The position numbers were made by a program, and so were the translations under genes. Of a DNA stretch of 64,000 nucleotides, positions 47,396 to 56,522 are shown in pieces. A model generated the notes under the pieces. That model searched no databases, was not told the origin of the DNA, and saw nothing but the letters and a program-made list of their open reading frames with translations. The first letter of the stretch is position 1, and every line of letters starts with the position of its first letter. The stretch covers positions 178-64,177 of the forward strand of contig CACGAG010000004.1 in the NCBI GenBank assembly GCA_902571005.1, given 5' to 3'. Source of the DNA: an uncultured Pelagibacteraceae bacterium. Lineage in GTDB: Bacteria; Pseudomonadota; Alphaproteobacteria; Pelagibacterales; AG-422-B15.

Positions 47396-47483
47396 TGTTC
47401 TGCCCTCCTTAAGAGCAAGTTAAAATTTGAGGGTTTTTAGCACTTGGATACACGCTTGTCCACATAAAAGAAAAAGATTTAAT

Positions 47484-48560
47484 CTACATTACAAAATTAA
47501 TATGGCCCATTTTACGGCCTTGTTTAATTGCTTTTTTACCATAGTCGTATGCCTTCTTCTTTTTATAAACCTTATAACTTTTCAATTTACTTATTTGTTT
47601 GGTTCTTTTGATCTCATTGCCAATAAGATTTCTCATAAGACCTTTTTTAATAATTTTTGGGGTTTTAATTTTATCTTTTGTGATTGCTTTAATATGCAAC
47701 TCGAATTGACTCATATTCGCATTATCAAGTGTTATATGGCCTGAATTGTGAACTCTCGGTGCAATTTCGTTCACATAGATATTATTTTCATCATCTAAAA
47801 AGAATTCTATTGTGAGTAAACCAATATAATTAAGCTTATTTAAAATCTTTTTTGATATTCTTATTAGCTGTTTATTTATTTTTTCATCTATTTGTGATGG
47901 AGATATTGTTTCAAACAAAATATGGTTTTTGTGAATATTCTCAAATGGTGGATAAAAACATATATTTTTTTTTATGTTTCTTGAGCAAATGACAGATAGT
48001 TCTCTATCAAACTTTACTACCTTCTCAATTACGCACGATTGATAATTAAGCTTTTTCCATTTATTTTTTAAATCAGAAAAATTTTTTACTTTGTATTGAC
48101 CTTTTCCGTCATAACCAAATCTGCAGGTTTTTAATATAACTGGAAAATCTATTTTATCTTTAAACTTATTTAAATTTGTTTTCTTATTAATAAAAAAAAG
48201 TCCAGCATGTTTAATTTTATTCTTTGAAAAAAATAATTTTTCTTTTTTTCTATCTTGGCTTATTTCTAAAGCCGAAATCGGTGGGTATATTTTTATTTGT
48301 TTATTGATTTGTTTTAATGTTTTTATAGCAACATTTTCAAATTCATAAGTTAGCAAATCAACATTTTTTCTAAATTCATTTAACTTTTTATGATCATTAA
48401 AAGAACCATAAATAATTTTATTAGCATATTTTTTTGCAGGGGCATCATCTGTATCAGAATAGATATGTGTAATAAGACCAATTTTTTGACAAGCTTGAGC
48501 TAAAAACATGCCTAGTTGACCCCCACCGATTATGCCTACAGTGGAAACTTCAGCTTTCAT
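47484..48560 (-). CDS. purK: N5-carboxyaminoimidazole ribonucleotide synthase
   Basis: GIIGGGQLG, TYEFEN, GYDGKGQ, NEIAPRVHNSGH, GRKMGH. Confidence 0.95.
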   Translation of the reverse strand: MKAEVSTVGIIGGGQLGMFLAQACQKIGLITHIYSDTDDAPAKKYANKIIYGSFNDHKKLNEFRKNVDLLTYEFENVAIKTLKQINKQIKIYPPISALEISQDRKKEKLFFSKNKIKHAGLFFINKKTNLNKFKDKIDFPVILKTCRFGYDGKGQYKVKNFSDLKNKWKKLNYQSCVIEKVVKFDRELSVICSRNIKKNICFYPPFENIHKNHILFETISPSQIDEKINKQLIRISKKILNKLNYIGLLTIEFFLDDENNIYVNEIAPRVHNSGHITLDNANMSQFELHIKAITKDKIKTPKIIKKGLMRNLIGNEIKRTKQISKLKSYKVYKKKKAYDYGKKAIKQGRKMGHINFVM

Positions 48561-49045
48561 TATTTAGGTATATTTTTTACAGACTTAGTTTGTTTTGATC
48601 TCCATGAAGCGTATTTCTTTTTCAGTTTTGTGTTATTGCTGCTTAAAATTGATACTGCAAGTAATGCTGCATTTTTTGCTCCAGCTTCTCCAACAGCAAG
48701 TGTTCCAACTGGAACGCCTGCTGGCATTTGAGCGATCGATAGCAAACTATCTAAGCCTTTTAGTTTTTTTGACTCAATTGGAACACCTAGTACAGGAATA
48801 TTTGAAATAGAGGCTGTCATTCCAGGTAAATGAGCTGCTCCACCAGCGCCTGCAATTATTATTTCTATCCCTCTTTGTTCTGCTCTTTCAGCATATTCAA
48901 ACATTCTTTTAGGTGTTCTATGGGCAGAAATAATTTTTACTTCGTGTTTTATATTAAATAATTTTAAAATTTTTGAAGCATGCTTCATTGTGGGCCAATC
49001 AGATTGGCTGCCCATAATGATGCTTACCAGTGAAGGATTTTTCAT
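48560..49045 (-). CDS. purE: N5-CAIR mutase
   Basis: [42 protein letters not shown]. Confidence 0.97.
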   Translation of the reverse strand: MKNPSLVSIIMGSQSDWPTMKHASKILKLFNIKHEVKIISAHRTPKRMFEYAERAEQRGIEIIIAGAGGAAHLPGMTASISNIPVLGVPIESKKLKGLDSLLSIAQMPAGVPVGTLAVGEAGAKNAALLAVSILSSNNTKLKKKYASWRSKQTKSVKNIPK

Positions 49046-49056
49046 TTTAATATTTA

Positions 49057-49698
49057 TTATCCATCGACAGCAGAAGTTTCTGACTCATTTATGTCTGAAA
49101 CTTTTTCATCTGCTTCTTGCAGTCTCAATCTCTCTTCTTTTTCTTTTTTCTTTTGAGCTCTTTTCATTGATCTTTCAGCTTTAGCTAAAGCCTCATCTAA
49201 TTCAACTTGCCTACAAATTCCAAGTCCAATTGGATCTTGTGGACGGATATTTGCCATGTTCCAATGAGTTCTTTTCCTAATAGCATCAATTGTATTTTTT
49301 GTACTGCCAACTAGTCTTGCAACCTGTGAATCCTTTAGTTCGGGGTGATTTCTTATCAACCAATAAACTGCGTCTGGCCTATCCTGTCTTTTTGAAAGAG
49401 GAGTATATTTTTTTTTCTTTTTTGATTGCTCAGTCTTTTCAGAGATTTCATTTTCAATAATCTTCAGTGACTCATCTTCATTATCCGCACATCTATCGAT
49501 TTCATCTTTTGTTAATTGACCACTGGTTATAGGATTTAATCCCTTAATTCCTACACCGACTTCACCATCTGCTATACCTTTAATTTCTAATTCATGCATC
49601 CCACAGAAATCACCTATCTGCCTGAATGACAAAGAGGTATTATCAACAAGCCATATTGCAGTGGCTTTTGGCATTAATGGTAATTTTGCTGTTTTCAT
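49057..49698 (-). CDS. trcR: DUF1013 / cell-cycle transcriptional regulator TrcR
   Basis: [51 protein letters not shown]. Confidence 0.88.
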   Translation of the reverse strand: MKTAKLPLMPKATAIWLVDNTSLSFRQIGDFCGMHELEIKGIADGEVGVGIKGLNPITSGQLTKDEIDRCADNEDESLKIIENEISEKTEQSKKKKKYTPLSKRQDRPDAVYWLIRNHPELKDSQVARLVGSTKNTIDAIRKRTHWNMANIRPQDPIGLGICRQVELDEALAKAERSMKRAQKKKEKEERLRLQEADEKVSDINESETSAVDG

Positions 49699-49752
49699 AA
49701 TAATTATAGAGTGCCTCTTATAAGTTAATTTTAGAGTTTTTGAAAGGATATC

Positions 49753-50748
49753 CTAAAATTTAAGCAGCAATTTGCCAATATTCTTATTATTTTCCATGTA
49801 TTGATGTGCTTTTTGAACATTCTCATAATCAAATTTTCGGTCAATATGCAATTTAATATTGCCATTTTCAATTAATGGCCAAATATGTTTCTTAAGATTA
49901 TTGGCAATGAGTTTCTTTTCATCATTACTTCTTATTCTTAACGTTGAGCCAGAAACTGTTAATCGTTTCAACATAATTGGCAGTAAGTTTACTTCTACCT
50001 TAGATCCCTTTAGGTATGCGATATTTAGAAGCCTTCCAAGTCTATTTAGGACATTAATATTTTTTTGAAAATAATCCCCACCTACTATGTCTAGTATTAC
50101 ATCAACTCCTTTATATTCATTTTTAATTATGCTTTCAAAATCCTCAAGATTGTAATTAATTACTCTTTCTAAACCCAAATCATTCAAATATTTATATTTT
50201 TCGTCTGATCCAACGGTTGCTATACATTGAATTTGCATGGCTAATGCAATAGAAATAGCAGTCAAACCTATACCACTAGCACCACCATGAATTAATAATG
50301 TCTCACCTTGTTTTAGCTTTGCTTGATCAAATAGATTTGTCCAAACTGTAAAAAATGTTTCGGGAATTGTACAAGCGTCAATAATTGAAATGCCTTTAGG
50401 TATAGGAAGAATTGTTGATGTATGACATTTTACAAATTCTGCGTACCCTCCACCAGGGACAAGTGCACAGACTTTTGTGTTGAGCAAATTTTTATTTACA
50501 TCTTCACCGACATCAACAATTTCCCCTGAAACTTCTAAGCCCAAAATTTCTGATGCACCAGGCGGCGGTGGGTAACCACCAGATCGTTGAAGAATGTCTG
50601 GTCGATTTATACCTGCTGCGTGAACTTGAATCAAAACTTCATGTTTTTCTATTTGAGGTATCTCAACATCATTCGATACTCTTAAAACCTCTGGTCCTCC
50701 AAATTCTTTGTGTAATATTGCTTTCATTTTAATCTTAGGAGCCACCAT
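49753..50748 (-). CDS. NAD(P)H-quinone oxidoreductase, PIG3 family
   Basis: AGINRPD.LQRSG.YPPPPGAS.ILGLE, PETFFTVW, HGGASGIG, GS.LR.R, IGK.LL. Confidence 0.9.
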   Translation of the reverse strand: MVAPKIKMKAILHKEFGGPEVLRVSNDVEIPQIEKHEVLIQVHAAGINRPDILQRSGGYPPPPGASEILGLEVSGEIVDVGEDVNKNLLNTKVCALVPGGGYAEFVKCHTSTILPIPKGISIIDACTIPETFFTVWTNLFDQAKLKQGETLLIHGGASGIGLTAISIALAMQIQCIATVGSDEKYKYLNDLGLERVINYNLEDFESIIKNEYKGVDVILDIVGGDYFQKNINVLNRLGRLLNIAYLKGSKVEVNLLPIMLKRLTVSGSTLRIRSNDEKKLIANNLKKHIWPLIENGNIKLHIDRKFDYENVQKAHQYMENNKNIGKLLLKF

Positions 50749-50770
50749 TTAAAGTGACTCCTAATTCTTT

Positions 50771-51199
50771 TTAGTTAATTTTTGAATTAATTTCAATTTT
50801 TCTAGATTTTTGATGTTCCGGTATTTCTCTTTCAAGAAAAATGTGAAGTAACCCATTTTCGTAATTTGCATCAGTAACTTTTATGGTATCAGCTAATCTA
50901 AATTTTCTTTCAAAATTTCTACCTGCTATACCTCTGTGCAAAAATTCGATTTCCTTATTAGAGTCATTAGTTGATCCCTTAATAACCAGCTCATTTTCCT
51001 GTACAGATATATCTAAATCTGATTTTGAAAAACCAGCTACAGCTACTGTTATAGTGTAATTATTGCCTGATTTAACAATATTATATGGTGGATAAGCTCC
51101 ACTGGACTCATTTAAATTAAAAACCGAGTCAAAAATATTATCAAATGCATCGAAACCAACACTAGAGCGTAGTAATGGTGATAAGTCAAATGTAGTCAT
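50771..51199 (-). CDS. ibpA: Small heat-shock protein (Hsp20)
   Basis: PL.RSSVGFD, YPPYNI, AVAGF, LHRGIA.RNFER.F.LA, NGLL.I.L. Confidence 0.93.
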   Translation of the reverse strand: MTTFDLSPLLRSSVGFDAFDNIFDSVFNLNESSGAYPPYNIVKSGNNYTITVAVAGFSKSDLDISVQENELVIKGSTNDSNKEIEFLHRGIAGRNFERKFRLADTIKVTDANYENGLLHIFLEREIPEHQKSRKIEINSKIN

Positions 51200-51281
51200 A
51201 ATTTAATCCTCCTTAAGCGATTAAAAATTTGCTTACTCTTTAAGAGCTAAGCCTTGTTTGCTGACGCAGAATGCCATCAGC
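51200..51281 (-). promoter_or_regulatory. ROSE-type RNA thermometer in the ibpA 5' UTR
   Basis: Three hairpins (51260-51281, 51231-51252, 51202-51225). The last reads UUUAAUCGCUUAAGGAGGAUUAAA, with the UCGCU motif pairing the GGAGG ribosome site and a bulged G. Confidence 0.75.
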
Positions 51282-51286
51282 ACATT

Positions 51287-51315
51287 ATATGTTGTGACTA
51301 ATGATAAATTTTCAA
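51287..51315 (-). promoter_or_regulatory. RpoH (sigma32)-like promoter for ibpA
   Basis: TTGAAA (51310-51315), 15-nt spacer, CAACATAT (51287-51294), directly upstream of the thermometer. Confidence 0.5.
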
Positions 51316-51330
51316 TACTAGAAATTTGAA

Positions 51331-51549
51331 TTATGTCTTGAGGTTACTAAACCTTTTTTTGAAACGACTAACTTGGCCTTTATCCTGAATTTTTTGCTGC
51401 CCACCAGTCCAAGCTGGGTGGGAAAGAGGATCGATATCTAGAGACATTGTGTCACCTTCTTTTCCCCATGTAGACATAGTCTCAAATTTTGTGCCGTCTG
51501 TCATCACGACTGTAATTTTATGGTAATCAGGATGTTTATCTTTTTTCAT
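51331..51549 (-). CDS. rpmE: 50S ribosomal protein L31, Zn-free type
   Basis: [36 protein letters not shown]. Confidence 0.96.
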   Translation of the reverse strand: MKKDKHPDYHKITVVMTDGTKFETMSTWGKEGDTMSLDIDPLSHPAWTGGQQKIQDKGQVSRFKKRFSNLKT

Positions 51550-51606
51550 ATATGATCTATTTTTTGTGAGTAGATATCCTATATAATATTATTGATCAAC
51601 AGTTAA

Positions 51607-51921
51607 TTGTTAAATTTTATGAATATAATTTCAATAATGATGAGACGGCTTAATATTCATAGTTTCTCTCAATTTATCGTAATCATGATTATTTTTGCTA
51701 TTACAGGGTCATTGTCGCTTTATATCACTGTCGAATTATTTCAAATTATTGGTCTTCAGGAAGAGAACTTAAATCCAATAATTTTTTGGCCACTTAGAAT
51801 AATATTGCTTTTTGTAATTTATCAAATATTACTGCTACTTGTTGCACTGCCATTTGGACAATTTCAATATTTTTGGTCATTTGAAAAAAAATTTTTAAGT
51901 AGATTTGGACTTAAATTATAA
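51607..51921 (+). CDS. DUF6787-like small membrane protein
   Basis: IFAITGS.S, WP.RI.L.F.IYQ.LL, FGQF..FW.FEKK.L.R.G. Confidence 0.7.
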   Translation: MLNFMNIISIMMRRLNIHSFSQFIVIMIIFAITGSLSLYITVELFQIIGLQEENLNPIIFWPLRIILLFVIYQILLLLVALPFGQFQYFWSFEKKFLSRFGLKL

Positions 51922-52704
51922 TTCAATTATTTTTTTAAGCTTTTCATGTATTCTAAAATTAGATGCTAATATTCTTCCACTTTTTAGGTAGTCCTCTTTT
52001 CCATCAAAATCAGTTACTTTTCCTCCGGCCTCTTTTACAATTAATGAGCCAGCTGCAATATCAACCAATTTTAAATTTTTTTCCCAATATCCATCAAATT
52101 TTCCTGCAGCCACATAAGCTAAGTCGAGTGATGCAGCGCCAAATCTTCTAATGCCGCATACTTTTTCCATAACTTGCTTTAACCCAGGAACATATTCTTC
52201 ATGACCTTTCATACCTTTATGAGGAATGCCTGTACCAATCATACAGTCTTCAAGGTTTTCTTTTGAGGACACTCTGAGCCTCAGATTATTACAGTAGGCG
52301 CCCCTTCCTTTCACTGCCCAAAAGAATTCATCAGTAAGCGGTTGATATACACCTCCAACTATTACCTCGTCATTCTTTTCAAGCGCAATTGATATAGCAA
52401 AGTGTGGAATGCTAAAAACAAAATTGCTTGTGCCATCAAGGGGATCAATAATCCATCTAATATTTTCATCAGAATTTTTTATAACACCTGTTTCTTCGGC
52501 AATTATATTTATTTTAGGATATGAATAAGTTAGTTCTTTTATCAACATTTTTTCAGCTTTTGTGTCTGCTAATGATACAAAATCAGAGACACCTTTAAGA
52601 GACACTTGAAGTTTTTCAACTTCTCCAAAATCCCGAATAAGGCTTTTACTAGTTTTTCTACAAGCAAAAAAAATCGCATTGATATAAGGGTCTGAGTAGC
52701 TCAT
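51916..52704 (-). CDS. suhB: Inositol monophosphatase SuhB
   Basis: L.RDFGEVE.LQVS.KG..DFVS.AD, IDPLDGT.NF, RRFGAA.LDLAYVAAG.FDGYWE. Confidence 0.92.
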   Translation of the reverse strand: MSYSDPYINAIFFACRKTSKSLIRDFGEVEKLQVSLKGVSDFVSLADTKAEKMLIKELTYSYPKINIIAEETGVIKNSDENIRWIIDPLDGTSNFVFSIPHFAISIALEKNDEVIVGGVYQPLTDEFFWAVKGRGAYCNNLRLRVSSKENLEDCMIGTGIPHKGMKGHEEYVPGLKQVMEKVCGIRRFGAASLDLAYVAAGKFDGYWEKNLKLVDIAAGSLIVKEAGGKVTDFDGKEDYLKSGRILASNFRIHEKLKKIIEL

Positions 52705-53267
52705 TAGTCAACTCTTTTTGAATATGATAGGTCCTCAGTGTTAATTTCTATCTTTTCACCCTGTTCTATAAAAGGTGGAACCATTACTCTAATACCATTT
52801 TCAAGAATGGCAGGTTTGTTCGATGAAGCGGCTGTTTGTCCTTTAACAACAGCCTCTGTTTCATTGACAATAAAAGATAAGGTTTTAGGAAGTTGAATTC
52901 CTATTGGCTTTTCATTATACATTTCTAAGATGACCTCATCATTTTCACTCATTAAAACTAGCTTTTCTCCAACTATTTCCTCATCAATTTCAATTTGTTC
53001 ATATGAAGTACTGTTCATAAAGAAAAGTTTTTTATCTTGCTTGTACAGATACTGATATTTTTCTTCATCCACTCTAACCCTCTCTACTTCTTCTGATGCT
53101 CTGAAACGTTCATTTAATTTCGTACTAGTTTTAATATTTTTCATTTCAACTTGATTAAACGCACCACCTTTACCAGGTTTTACAGACTGTGATTTATTCA
53201 CAACCCACAATTCTCCCTTGTGTTCAACTATCATTCCTGGTTTAACAGCGTTTCCATTAATTTTCAT
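52704..53267 (-). CDS. efp: Translation elongation factor P
   Basis: VKPGKGGAF, FMN...YEQ, KGQTAASS.KPA.LENG, VPPFI. Confidence 0.97.
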   Translation of the reverse strand: MKINGNAVKPGMIVEHKGELWVVNKSQSVKPGKGGAFNQVEMKNIKTSTKLNERFRASEEVERVRVDEEKYQYLYKQDKKLFFMNSTSYEQIEIDEEIVGEKLVLMSENDEVILEMYNEKPIGIQLPKTLSFIVNETEAVVKGQTAASSNKPAILENGIRVMVPPFIEQGEKIEINTEDLSYSKRVD

Positions 53268-53273
53268 TTTTTC

Positions 53274-54287
53274 TTAACCTTCGAGAGATTTATCCCACTG
53301 ACCTTGTGCAGCCTTCATATTCATTACAGCTCTATGGCTAAAAGCTTTTTGAGCCGCTTCAAGATTGTCATCTTCGCCAGCCCAAGTTTTGAGAGCCGCT
53401 TGTTGCAAAGCCCTCCCATAAGAAAAACTTAGCTTCCATTTGAAGCCACCTATTTTATTCATTGCATCGAGATGAGCTGTTGCATCTAGGTCTGACTGAC
53501 CACCAGATAAAAAAACAATTCCAGGTAATTCATCTGGAACAGATGATTTGAGACATTGAAGTGTTTTTTCTGCAACTTCTTCAATGGGGGCTTGGTAGTT
53601 ATTTTCTGTTCCTGATACAACCATATTTGGTTTAAGTAGAGTTCCTTTAATATTGACATTTTTTTTATCAAGCATTTCAAATAATACTAATAGTGTTTGA
53701 TTAGTAACCTCATGACACCTTTCCACAGAGTGGGACCCATCCATAATAACCTCAGGCTCAACAATCGGTACCATATTGTTTTGTTGAGCAATGAGCGCAT
53801 ATTCAGCTAATGCATTCATATTTTCGTTTATACAATTGTTTGATGGTATTTCATCACTTACATTTATAACGGCTCTCCATTTTGTAAATTTCGCTCCAAG
53901 CTTCTCGTACTCTTGACAGCGTTCATGAAGTCCGTCTAATCCTGTAGTAATGTTTTCATCACTACCACCCTCAAACTCTTTTACTCCTTGATCAACTTTA
54001 ATTCCCGGTAGTGAGCCGTGATCAAGTATAACATTTCTTAAATAGTCTCCATCACTTGACTTTTGTCTTAGAGTTTCATCAAAAAGTATCACTCCGCCAA
54101 TTGCCTCTGCCATGACCGGAGATCTAAATAACATTTCTCTATACTTTCTTCTATTATCTTCGGTAGAATCAACATTAATTGATTTGAATCGTTTCTCAAT
54201 GGTTCCTGAACTTTCATCGGCTGCCAGAATTCCTTTGCCATCACTGACAATGTAATTTGCTATTTCTTCTAAAGTCTTTGGTATCAT
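53274..54287 (-). CDS. Class I fructose-bisphosphate aldolase
   Basis: GKGILAADES, PGIKVD.G, F.KWRAV, VPIVEPEV, LLKPNMV, FLSGGQS, SFSYGRALQ. Confidence 0.95.
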   Translation of the reverse strand: MIPKTLEEIANYIVSDGKGILAADESSGTIEKRFKSINVDSTEDNRRKYREMLFRSPVMAEAIGGVILFDETLRQKSSDGDYLRNVILDHGSLPGIKVDQGVKEFEGGSDENITTGLDGLHERCQEYEKLGAKFTKWRAVINVSDEIPSNNCINENMNALAEYALIAQQNNMVPIVEPEVIMDGSHSVERCHEVTNQTLLVLFEMLDKKNVNIKGTLLKPNMVVSGTENNYQAPIEEVAEKTLQCLKSSVPDELPGIVFLSGGQSDLDATAHLDAMNKIGGFKWKLSFSYGRALQQAALKTWAGEDDNLEAAQKAFSHRAVMNMKAAQGQWDKSLEG

Positions 54288-54301
54288 TTTCTTCTCCTTA
54301 T

Positions 54302-55498
54302 TTATATAGCTCCTAAGGCAACTAAACCTGGCAATTTCTTACCTTCTATTAGCTCAAGTAGAGCTCCTCCGCCAGTAGAAACATAAGAAAATTTATCTTT
54401 AACGGCCGCCATATCCAGTGCGGAAATTGTATCACCACCTCCAGCAAAAGATCGAAGACTATTTTTATCAGTAATTTCAGCAATGAATTTAGCGATCTCG
54501 AATGTGCCTTTATGAAATGGTTTAGTTTCAAAGACACCCACTGGTCCATTCCAAAATACTGTTTCACAATTTGAAATTTCATTCTTAATCAACTCAATAG
54601 TTTGTTTCCCAATATCTAAAATCATTTGATTATCTTTTACAGCATTAACTGCACATTCGTTTATTTCTGTAGTTTCAGATACTTTCTCAGCTGTAACGAC
54701 ATCTAAAGGTAAAATTAGTTTACAGTTTTGCTCATTTGCAAAATTAATAATTTCTTTTACGAGGTGATCTACATCATTTTCAATCAATGAATTTTTTACA
54801 TCATTTCCTAAATATTTAAGAAAATTATTAGCCATCCCACCAGCAATGACAATTGAGTCCATTTTTTGCAGGAGATTTTTTATAACTGTAATTTTTGTAG
54901 AGATTTTTGAGCCACCAATGATAGTTAATGCAGGAGTTTTAGGGTTATTAACTACATCATTCAAGTTTAATATTTCTTCATGTAATAATTCTCCACAATA
55001 AGATGGTATGAAGTTTGTGATTGCTTCAATTGAAGCGTGAGCTCTATGAGAGCATGCAAAAGCATCATTAATATAAACGTCTGCTAATTTTGATAGCTCG
55101 GATGCAAAAATTTTATCATTTTGCTCTTCGCCTTCATGAAAACGGCAATTTTCAAGAAGAACAATTGAATCCTGGCTTAATGAATTTATTTTTTTTTCAA
55201 TCTCATCACCTATACAATTTGAAAGAAATATTATTTTTTTTTGCAATACGTTTTCTAATGAGCCGATTATTTGATTTAGTGAAAGCTCATCATTTCTTTT
55301 TCCTTTTGGTCTTCCTAGATGAGACAGAATTACAACTTTATTATTCTTATTAAGAAGGTTTTGTATTGGATTTTTAATTCTCGTAATCCGATCGCTAGTT
55401 GTAGAGGCCTCTTTATTGAGCGGAATATTTAGGTCAAAGCGAATAAGTACGGTTTTATTTTTCTGATCAAATGTTTTTAGAGCTTTAACATTTAACAT
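54302..55498 (-). CDS. pgk: Phosphoglycerate kinase
   Basis: R.DLNIP, SHLGRPKG, LLENCRF, NDAF..SHRAHAS, GGSKISTK, WNGPVGVFE, GGGDT, STGGGALLE. Confidence 0.97.
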   Translation of the reverse strand: MLNVKALKTFDQKNKTVLIRFDLNIPLNKEASTTSDRITRIKNPIQNLLNKNNKVVILSHLGRPKGKRNDELSLNQIIGSLENVLQKKIIFLSNCIGDEIEKKINSLSQDSIVLLENCRFHEGEEQNDKIFASELSKLADVYINDAFACSHRAHASIEAITNFIPSYCGELLHEEILNLNDVVNNPKTPALTIIGGSKISTKITVIKNLLQKMDSIVIAGGMANNFLKYLGNDVKNSLIENDVDHLVKEIINFANEQNCKLILPLDVVTAEKVSETTEINECAVNAVKDNQMILDIGKQTIELIKNEISNCETVFWNGPVGVFETKPFHKGTFEIAKFIAEITDKNSLRSFAGGGDTISALDMAAVKDKFSYVSTGGGALLELIEGKKLPGLVALGAI

Positions 55499-55499
55499 T

Positions 55500-56510
55500 C
55501 TATCTAGATCTTTTCATCGCAACTGCAGTATCACACATTCGATTTGAAAAGCCCCATTCATTATCATACCAACTTAAAACTCTTCCAAACTTTCCATCAA
55601 TTACTTGTGTTTGAGTTAAATCAAAATTTGACGAGGCAGGATTATGATTAAAATCAGATGAAACCAATGGTTTAGAATTTACATCTAGGACTCCATTTAG
55701 CTTATTTGATTTTGCTGCAGCTGACATAGCTTTATTAATACTATCGACTGTCATTCTTTTTTTAGAAACAAATTTAAAGTCGATTAATGAAACATTAGGT
55801 GTTGGTACTCTAATTGCAGTTCCATCTAACTTACCAGAAAGTTCAGGCATAACGAGTCCTACCGCTTTTGCAGCTCCTGTAGATGTAGGTATCATTGACA
55901 ATGACGCAGCTCGAGCTCTTCTTAAGTCTGAGTGAAATGTATCCAGAACGCTTTGGTCACCAGTAAAGGCATGTATAGTTGTCATATAGCCATGCACAAT
56001 TTTGAATTTATCGTGTAAAACTTTTGCAACAGGAGCTAAACAATTTGTCGTGCAAGACGCATTAGATACAACTAGGTCTTCTTTTGTTATCTCATCTTCA
56101 TTCACCCCATATACAATGGTTTTATCAGCATTTGTACATGGCGCTGAGACTAAAACCTTTTTTGCGCCGGCCTTAATATGCATTGCCGCCTTATCTTTTG
56201 AAGTAAATAATCCAGTGCATTCAAGAGCGACGTCAATTTTCATTCTTTTCCAAGGAAGTTTTTGAGGATCTCTCTGATTCAATACTGTAATATTTTTTCT
56301 GCCAACGATCATTTTATTGCGTTTGAACGATACTTTTTCATTAAGAGGGCCGTGAACAGTATCATTTGCAAGTAAAAATGCGTTTGTTTCTATTGGGGCT
56401 AAATCGTTTATAGCCACGACATTAATATCTTTTCTTTTACTCTCAATGATTGATCTTAAAACCAACCTTCCAATTCTTCCAAATCCACTTATTGCAACAT
56501 TTACAGCCAT
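55500..56510 (-). CDS. gap: Glyceraldehyde-3-phosphate dehydrogenase
   Basis: GFGRIGR, ECTG.F, SNASCTTNCLAP, IPTSTGAAKAV, RVPTPNVS, WYDNEWGF. Confidence 0.98.
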   Translation of the reverse strand: MAVNVAISGFGRIGRLVLRSIIESKRKDINVVAINDLAPIETNAFLLANDTVHGPLNEKVSFKRNKMIVGRKNITVLNQRDPQKLPWKRMKIDVALECTGLFTSKDKAAMHIKAGAKKVLVSAPCTNADKTIVYGVNEDEITKEDLVVSNASCTTNCLAPVAKVLHDKFKIVHGYMTTIHAFTGDQSVLDTFHSDLRRARAASLSMIPTSTGAAKAVGLVMPELSGKLDGTAIRVPTPNVSLIDFKFVSKKRMTVDSINKAMSAAAKSNKLNGVLDVNSKPLVSSDFNHNPASSNFDLTQTQVIDGKFGRVLSWYDNEWGFSNRMCDTAVAMKRSR

Positions 56511-56522
56511 ATTTAGTATCTC

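Noticed and set aside
53274-54287. Class I (eukaryote-type) aldolase as a eukaryotic gene transfer
   Set aside because: This aldolase type next to pgk-gap-tkt is known in alphaproteobacteria.
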